Shown here one piece after another: positions 53,010 to 60,700 of a stretch of 64,000 nt of DNA. The notes under the pieces were generated by a model. That model was not told the DNA's origin, searched no databases, and saw only the letters and a list, made by a program, of their open reading frames with translations. A program made the translations under genes and the position numbers. Source of the stretch: Bacteroidales bacterium. GTDB lineage: Bacteria; Bacteroidota; Bacteroidia; Bacteroidales; P3. The DNA is taken from assembly GCA_009783885.1 (NCBI GenBank), contig WRCN01000007.1, forward strand, positions 16,953 through 80,952, read 5' to 3'. How positions within the stretch are numbered: position 1 is the first letter of the stretch; each line of letters starts with the position of its first letter.

Positions 53010-53588
53010 ATGAAAATTATTATTATTGAAAAGAATAATCAGTTTCGCCTAATCCCCGATTCCGCGCTATTGCTGAAAAATAGACCATTGTTTTGCCCTG
53101 ATTATGTGCAGACATTACACGCAAAAATCGCATTGGTTGTAAAAATTAACCGCTTGGGCAAATATATTCAAGAAAAATTTGCACCAACATATTACGATGA
53201 AGTCGGTTTTGCTATTAATTTTTACGACAAAACTTGTTTAGATTCTCTTATTCAACAGGGTTTACCATGGGAACGTGCCACGTGTTTTGATGGCAGTTTT
53301 GCGCTGTCGGAATTTGTGGCTTCGACTTCGCTCAGTCACCGTGTGCAGGTGCGGACGTTGAGCGCAGTCGAAACGCCCGCGCCGATAGAAAAGAAACAAA
53401 CATTTGAAATCGTACAAACCATTCAAAAAATCCCTTCTATAATTTCAAAATTATCCACCTACATGACCTTGAAAATTGGGGATTATATTGCATTTGAAAT
53501 TAGTGAATTTCCCGAATCGATTGCGATTAATGATGTTTTGCGATTGTCGGTTGATGGTAAACAAATGGTAAATGTTGTTGTAAAGTAA
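53010..53588 (+). CDS. Fumarylacetoacetate-hydrolase (FAH) fold-like protein with divergent catalytic motifs and a repeat-encoded insert
   Basis: MKIIIIEKNN..., LLLKNRPLF and GLPWERATCFDGSFALSEF parallel the MKIICIGRNY, lFlKp and G.PWe.aK.FD blocks of small FAH proteins. The insert ASTSLSHRVQVRTLSAVETPAP comes from a repeat. Confidence 0.55.
   Translation: MKIIIIEKNNQFRLIPDSALLLKNRPLFCPDYVQTLHAKIALVVKINRLGKYIQEKFAPTYYDEVGFAINFYDKTCLDSLIQQGLPWERATCFDGSFALSEFVASTSLSHRVQVRTLSAVETPAPIEKKQTFEIVQTIQKIPSIISKLSTYMTLKIGDYIAFEISEFPESIAINDVLRLSVDGKQMVNVVVK
53316..53382. repeat. GAGCG-core two-unit element inserted in frame in the FAH-like gene
   Basis: GTGGC-TTCGACTTCGCTCA-GTCAC (one G-T pair in the stem), then GCGGACGTT-GAGCGCAGTCGA-AACGCCCGC. 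Confidence 0.85.
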
Positions 53589-53589
53589 A

Positions 53590-53651
53590 GTTCCCTTCGA
53601 CTCCGCTCAGGGAACAAGTAAATTTGGTCGTTGAGCGAAGTCGAAACGACC
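53590..53651. repeat. GAGCG-core hairpin pair between convergent genes (terminator candidate)
   Basis: GTTCCC-TTCGACTCCGCTCA-GGGAAC, then GGTCGTT-GAGCGAAGTCGA-AACGACC. Confidence 0.85.
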
Positions 53652-53661
53652 GGCAACAAAA

Positions 53662-54636
53662 TCAAAATTCCATCACCCGCGTATACAATTCTCGAATCGT
53701 CCATCCCATGGCTCGCGCCTGTTGTGGGACAATGCTGTTTTCCGATTGTCCGGGAACGGTGTTTACTTCAAGAAAATACAGGGCATTCGTGTTGTCTTCT
53801 AAAATGAAATCGAAACGCACAATACCGGCGCAGTTCAGTTCGTCGTAAAGTTTGGAAGCCGTATCTTGCATGAGTTTGCTGTATGTTTCGTCTACCTGTG
53901 CGGGTGTCACTTCATCCGTTAATCCTGTGGTGTATTTAGCTTCGTAATCGAAAAATTCTTTTTTACTGATGATTTCCGTTATCGGGAATATAATTTTTTT
54001 GCCTTTTGAGCGAAACAGACCACATGAAAATTCGCGTCCTTTCACGAATTTTTCGATGAGCACTTGCGAGTCCTCTTCAAAAGCACGGTCAATAGCCGGT
54101 TTCAGTTCGTTAAACGTTTTCACTTTTGACATCCCGATACTCGAACCTCCGCAATTCGGTTTCACAAAGCATGGAAAGCCTAATTTTTCAGATATTTCGG
54201 AAACATGGTAAGGTTTGTCTTTAAAAATATGCACCGAATCAGAAACGTTTACCACATTTAGATTTTTTACGACTTTGTTGCAAAATCCTTTGTTGAATGT
54301 AAGTGCGGACGTAATGGCATCGCACGTGTTGTATGGGATTTTGAGCATGTCGAGATAACCTTGCAATTTTCCGTCTTCGCCCGGAGTGCCATGCACAATG
54401 ATGAATGCCGCATCAAATGTGATGTGTTTGCCGTCGATGGTTAAACTAAAATCGTTTTTATCAACGGAAATTTGCTTACCGTCGCCCGTGGTATGTATCC
54501 AGCTTTCGGGTGTAATGATAATCTTGTAAACGTTGAATAATGCGGGGTCTAAGTGTTGTTCAACCACCGTTGCACTGCGAATCGAAACCACGTTTTCTCC
54601 GGAATATCCGCCTGCAAGTAATGCGATGTTTTTCAT
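53662..54636 (-). CDS. ddl: D-alanine--D-alanine ligase
   Basis: The N-terminus MKNIALLAGGYSGE and the ATP-grasp blocks (FVKPNCGGSSIGMSKV, EVNTVPG) are present. The start was trimmed to 54636. Confidence 0.9.
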   Translation of the reverse strand: MKNIALLAGGYSGENVVSIRSATVVEQHLDPALFNVYKIIITPESWIHTTGDGKQISVDKNDFSLTIDGKHITFDAAFIIVHGTPGEDGKLQGYLDMLKIPYNTCDAITSALTFNKGFCNKVVKNLNVVNVSDSVHIFKDKPYHVSEISEKLGFPCFVKPNCGGSSIGMSKVKTFNELKPAIDRAFEEDSQVLIEKFVKGREFSCGLFRSKGKKIIFPITEIISKKEFFDYEAKYTTGLTDEVTPAQVDETYSKLMQDTASKLYDELNCAGIVRFDFILEDNTNALYFLEVNTVPGQSENSIVPQQARAMGWTIRELYTRVMEF

Positions 54637-54641
54637 AACCG

Positions 54642-54649
54642 CAAAGATA
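54642..54649 (-). promoter_or_regulatory. -7 promoter box (TATCTTTG on minus strand)
   Basis: The minus strand reads TTTTTTTTTGTATCTTTGCGGTTATG. 5 nt separate the box from the ATG. Confidence 0.55.
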
Positions 54650-54715
54650 CAAAAAAAAATGCAATTAACAAAAAAACGCCCCAAATTGGGGCGTTTTCAA
54701 TTTGCAAAGTGCCGC

Positions 54716-57700
54716 TTATTTTTTAACGAATCTCTGCGTTGTAACACCTTGATCGGTTGTAATTTTAATCAGATATGTACCCGATTTCAAATCGCCAACT
54801 TGGATTTCTTGTGTGCTGTTTATAACAACTTTCACAAGTTTTCCTTGTAGATTGTAGATTTCTACGCGTTTTACCGATTCGGTTGAGCTGATAAACAATC
54901 TGTCTTCTACAGGGTTCGGATAGATGGTTATTCTGCTCAAATCAATAGGTTTAACACTAACTTCCGTTACTTCAAAGGCAATAGGTACAATGGCCGAAAG
55001 GCTACCGCCGTCACCAACAGCTTGTACGCCGGCAACATAGCTACCCGGTGCAAGATCATTAAACACATATTGCATAGTGGTAGCACTAACTGCATCAAAA
55101 AGATTACCATCCAAGAAAATATTAAAGCCTGCAAGCTCTTCTTCAGAAGCTTTGCCTTGACTTTCAATTGAAATATCATCAATGGTGATATACAATCCTT
55201 CTTCTTGCGGTGTCATATCGTGGAAACCAAGGAAGTATTCGCCTGATGTAGTTGGAGTGAAATTAAACGTAACCTGCGTCCACTCTGTAACTCTTTGGTT
55301 AGTGTTACTAAACACCGTTGTTGCGCCAGTCATTGTTGCAGAAGCACCACTTCCTGTTCGGTCTGTAGTAGTTCCGATTTGTACTTTGAACATATCAAAT
55401 TCATTAAACTGAGGATAGCCTGGAGCTCTATACCAGAAACTAATGGTATAGGTTGTTCCTCCAGTAAGGTTGATACCGTTGCTAAATGTCCAAGTAAAGC
55501 CACCGGTGTTAGCCCAGCTTCTGTTTAATTGACGTGTTCCTGTTCTTGGTACAATGGTAGCAGGAGTTGATCCTCCTGATGTTACACCAAATACAGTATT
55601 GCCTGTAGTTCCCCAAGCAACCTCGCTTGTGCGTGTCCAACCTTCAGGCATAGTACTTGCCGGCTGAGTATCGCCATCGCCAAAACCACCGCCTGTTGTG
55701 CCCTCAAAGCCTTCAAAGTAAGGCGTATCATCACCACCTGCTCCTCCTCCATGGCTCCATGTCAATGTAGCTGTAGATCCGTTAACGTTAACTGCTAACG
55801 TGTGAGGATTAGGAAAATCTCCTTCATCGAGAACTGTTGTAAACGTCCAACTGATTGGATCAGCATAATCTACAATAGCGCCTGCAGGAATATTAACCGT
55901 ATAAATGGTTCCTTGTTCGAAGTTATCATGAGCAATGATTAAATCCGTGCCAACAACACTTGCAGAAATTCCTGTGACTGTCGGTGAGAACGTAATTCCG
56001 CTCAATGTGCCTGCTGTTACATTTTGGTTGAAGGTTGCTTTTACAACTGCATCAACGGCTACGTCTGTAGCGTTGTTAGCAGGAGTTGTTGAAGTGAGTT
56101 CTACAGGAATCTCTCCAGGGGTTCCAACAACCAAACGAATAGCACAAGTAAATGCATTCGCATTATTCAGTGTTGTAGTACCGTTATGGAGGTAAACCAC
56201 ACCTCCGGCTACATAAGCTACGGAAACGTTAGTAGCGGTAAGTTGTCTTACAGCTATCAGGTAACGACCCGGAGCCAATGCTTGTGGTGTAGTAAGCGTA
56301 ACCGTATTCCAACCTACTGCTGTTCGTTGTGTGGTTTGGGTGTACATCGGCGTTTCCGCAACAGCCAAACCGGAACTTCCTGTCATAGCATAGATTGCAA
56401 CCTCATAGTTTAGAGGAGTTGCAGTTGCATGTCCAACTACGATTTGGAGTGCTGAAGTTGCGTTGGCAATTTCAAAGATATTACCAAACGTAAGTGCACC
56501 ATCGTTAGAACCGATACCTAATGCAAAAGTAGTTTCGTTATCTACAGCAAACGTACCTTCTGTACCCATGATGTTAAGCGTAGCTGTAATCGAACCGGCA
56601 GGGGTTTCCGTTGAACTTGCTGTGTAAACAAACGTGTTGTTTCCAAGTGGAACAGTAGTCATACCTGTTGCTACAGTCATTGCAGCAGAAGTTGCGCCCG
56701 GAGCCAAAGTATCTACAGGAGTAGACGGCGTACCAACTGCAGTTCCGTTCATTGCAACAGAGAATTTCACGTTAGTTTGTGCTGCTGAACCGATGTTTTT
56801 AACAGTTGCTGTTAGGTTTGCAGGGAAAACATTTTGAGAAGTTGGGATTTGGGTGTAAGGTAATGCAGCTGCAATAACTTCCAAATCATTTGCTGCAGGT
56901 ATTGTGATCGAAATGTCGTCAATAGAGATAACAAAACCTCTACCGCTTGGCGTTTGATCGTGGAATCCGAGGTAATGAAGTCCGGTTGTTGTCGGCGTGT
57001 ATTGGAAAGTTGCTTGAGTCCAAACTGAAACAGATGTTGCGGTTTGAGTAAATATGGTTGTACCACCGGTCATCGTAGCGTTAGCATTTGTGCCAGTTCT
57101 CGCTGTTGATGGTCCAATTTGTACTTTAAACAAATCTCTTTCTGCTGTCTGTCCTTGATAACCCGGAGCTTGATACCAGAAACTTACGGTGTAAGTGGTT
57201 CCTGCTGTAAGTGCAATAGGCTCGCTAAATGCCCATGAAAAACTACCGCTTCTCGACCAGCTTTTTGTCAAGAAACGAGTTCCTGTGCGTGCATTTGGAG
57301 TTCCGCCCTCTATACCTTCCGCTTGTTGACCGCTTGTTAGAGTTTTCCAAGCAATAGTAGCAGTTGAATGTGTCCATCCGGCAGGAAGAACAGTGTCAAC
57401 AGTAGCTTCAAAACCTTCGAAATAAGGAATAGGAGCACCTGTAACGATGGTATTGGTTATCGTACGTGTAGTATCAGCTCTATTGGTAGCTGTTGGAGTA
57501 TTGCCTGGGAAGGCGATAACCACTCTAACTTGATGTGGTCCGGCTGCCGCAAGGTTGGCTTTCGCGTTGAATGTATAAGTTGTGCGAGAGGTAGCAGCAG
57601 TGGCTCCTCTTGCAACCCTATCAATATTTTCGGTAGCGATAAGTACTCCGCCAACCCACAATTCCACAGGTATATTTCTAACGCTGAATGTTCCACCGTT

Positions 57701-60700
57701 TTCAACAGTAATAGTTACTGTTTCGGCATTGCTTGCATTTGTTAATTGAGCAGCTGGAACAGTCCAAGCTTGAACACCTAACACAACGTTATTCGTAACG
57801 TTGCGTACAGCAGTATCATTTACTGCACTTGTGTCGTTTGGAACAGCATTAACGTATGCTCTAATAGCGTTAGCACCGGCTACAAGAGCAACCGGCAAAA
57901 TAACGGTTTCAGAAGCGCCAACGGCAAGGCTTGGAATAGTCGTTGTAACTGGTGTTCCATAGTTAACAGAAGCATTAACAACAAGACTTGTTAATGGCAT
58001 GTTACCATTGTTGCGAACAACGATTGTTGCAGGAATACTGTCCATATTGGTAGCAGTGGCTGTAGGGGTCATAACACTAACAACTTGCGCATCAACGATG
58101 AATGTATTCGTTACAGCCAAACGTGCAGTATCGTTGCTTGCATCTTCATCACCTGTAAGACCAGCAATTGCCATAAGGTTAGTTGTGCTGGTTACCATTG
58201 AATTGGTAAAGTCAACTTGTTGTGAGAACGTATGGAAATAAACGTCTCCACTGGCCATACTGTCTACACCAGCTGCAAAGCTAGTAACGGTATCAGTAAC
58301 AAGCAATGTGCCATTAACATACAATGAAACAGGAAGTGAGTTGAATGAAGTTGTTCCTGCATTCATAACTTCAACGGTTACATTTTGTGGTGTTGTTTGT
58401 GCTGTTAAATTTGCATTTGGAGCAGTAAATTGTACAATCATTGCATCGGTTATACCAGCGTCAGAAGCACTAATGATACCATGCTCGTAAACATTGTTGG
58501 TGAGATTTCCGTCATTGTAAAGATCGGCCGTAACAATGAGGTCGTAAGCACCAAACGCTGAAAAATCAACCGTTGTTTGGAAAACCACATTATAGGTTGC
58601 TCCTGCAGCAATGCTGAGACCTGTAAGCGTAGTATCCAAAGTTGCTGTAAAACCGATTGCAGCCTGTGTTTTTCCTTCAATTTCCACATTAAGAGCAAAA
58701 TCTGTAATGGTAACAGAACCCATGTTGGTTACTTGAACCGTAAGAACTTCTGCATTGGTCGCATTTATAATCGGAGTAACAGGAGTAACAACACCTGTAA
58801 CAGCAATGTCAATCGTATTATTGGTTCCGCTTATAGTTGCTGTATCGTCAGCAGCTATCATGTCTCTTGTGTCGGTGATAACAGCTTGAACTGTGAAAGC
58901 TCCGGCAGCTGTAAGATCAACTTGAAGAGTAGACGTATAGTTTTGTGTAGCACCCGGGGCAATGTTGGTTGTTGAGGTTGTATCCATACCGATAGACGTT
59001 CCGTTAACGAAAATTTCAAACGCAATTTGGCTGTAGCCTAAACCTGTGTTTGATAAGTTTTGGATTTGTACAGTAGGATAGTAAGTCGTAAGGTTTGTGT
59101 CTTGTCCTGAAGGAATTCCTGTCATAGCAACCATTGCAAAGTTAACTGTATCAGGATCTGTTGTGAAAGTTCCGGTTGCAGAAGTCATCATCTGAGCACA
59201 AACACCGGTTACGTTCCAAGTATAAGTTGTGTTGCCTAACAAACCGGGAACCATGATTTCTGTAGCTGATGTAGTTGTTGTGTAAACAACAGCAGTAGTT
59301 GCATCATAAACATTCACTTGGTAAACAGGTGCCGTACCGCTCCACTCCAATTTCGCTTGCGGACGAGAACCCACAGCAGCCATGTTATCCGGAGCAGTAC
59401 AAGGATCTGCCATAATCATACGAACGCAAGGCATACCTACAGCAGCTGAAGTATTAACAATAAGGTTTCCTGTAGTTCTGGTGTAGAATGTTCTGCCGGC
59501 AACACTGTCGTGACGAAGAGCAACAGTTGCTGTGGTGCTTTGACGGATGCCTAAGAAATAGGAGCCAGGTTCTAATACAACCGGTGTAGCAAGCGTGTGC
59601 ACATTCCAACCTACTGTTGGCGTACCGAAAGCCACATTATTGATCAATACATCCCCTGTTAGCGTAGTTCCTGTAACGGCTTGCAAGAATATTTGAGGAA
59701 CACCTGTAGTTGCGTTGAAGTTTGCTTTCACACCTGAAAGTACAGTTGTGTCGGTAATGGTGAAAACGTGTCCTCTTGCGGTTCCGTTCGTACCGTTCAC
59801 GTTACCCCATGTAGTACGAGTCGGATCATCCAAAGAGTATTCGTTTGCCGTTCCTTCGAAGGTTTGTGTAGCTGTTAAAACTGTTCCACCTGTGTAGAAA
59901 TCAGAAGAAACCGTATAATTCAACGTGTTGGTTCCTGGAGCAATAACAGCTGTAGGAGCAGCAGTCGGAGTAGCAGTTAAAGTTTGAGACGTACCGAAAA
60001 CCATAGAAGCAACAGGCGTAGATGTTGCAATTGAAGTGGCTCCTAATGCAACACCAAGCGTTACGTTGGTTTGTGGATTAAGCCCTGCGTTTTTAACAGT
60101 TGCCGACATCGGTGCAACGATTGATTGCGTAGTCGGAATTTGTGTAAATGGGAATGGAGCTACCGCAGTTACTACCATTTCATTTGCAGGAACAAGAGCA
60201 ACCGACATATCATCGATCTCCCAAGAAGTAGTCCAACCTGATGCGGTAGCTTCAACAATAAATGCGAGGTAAATGGTTTGCCCTGCATATGCGTCAAGCA
60301 AAATAGCATTTTCTTGCCATGGGGTTCGTGTCGCACCTGTACCTCTTATCGCAACAGGAGAAAGTAAGGTAAATGATGCCGGATCATTGTTTGTGTTTGA
60401 AACCCAAACGCCAAATGTACCGCCATCTTCTCCATATTGAAAACGATCCCAGAAATTAAGGGCGTAAACCCCTATAGCAGGTATGGCTAAGGCTTCAGTA
60501 ATTAAGTAACTGAATTGCCCGGCGGCATTGTTTGTATTAGGATATCTTGCTTGAGCCGTACTGCCCGGTCTTAGTGGAGCGTCTGTGCCTCTTACCCATC
60601 TTGATGCAGTAGCGTTACTGGATAGATTTGCCCAGCATGCACTAGGCGGGAATGTTGTTGCGTCAAAACCTTGAGTATACGGGAATGTGCTAACAGCAAC

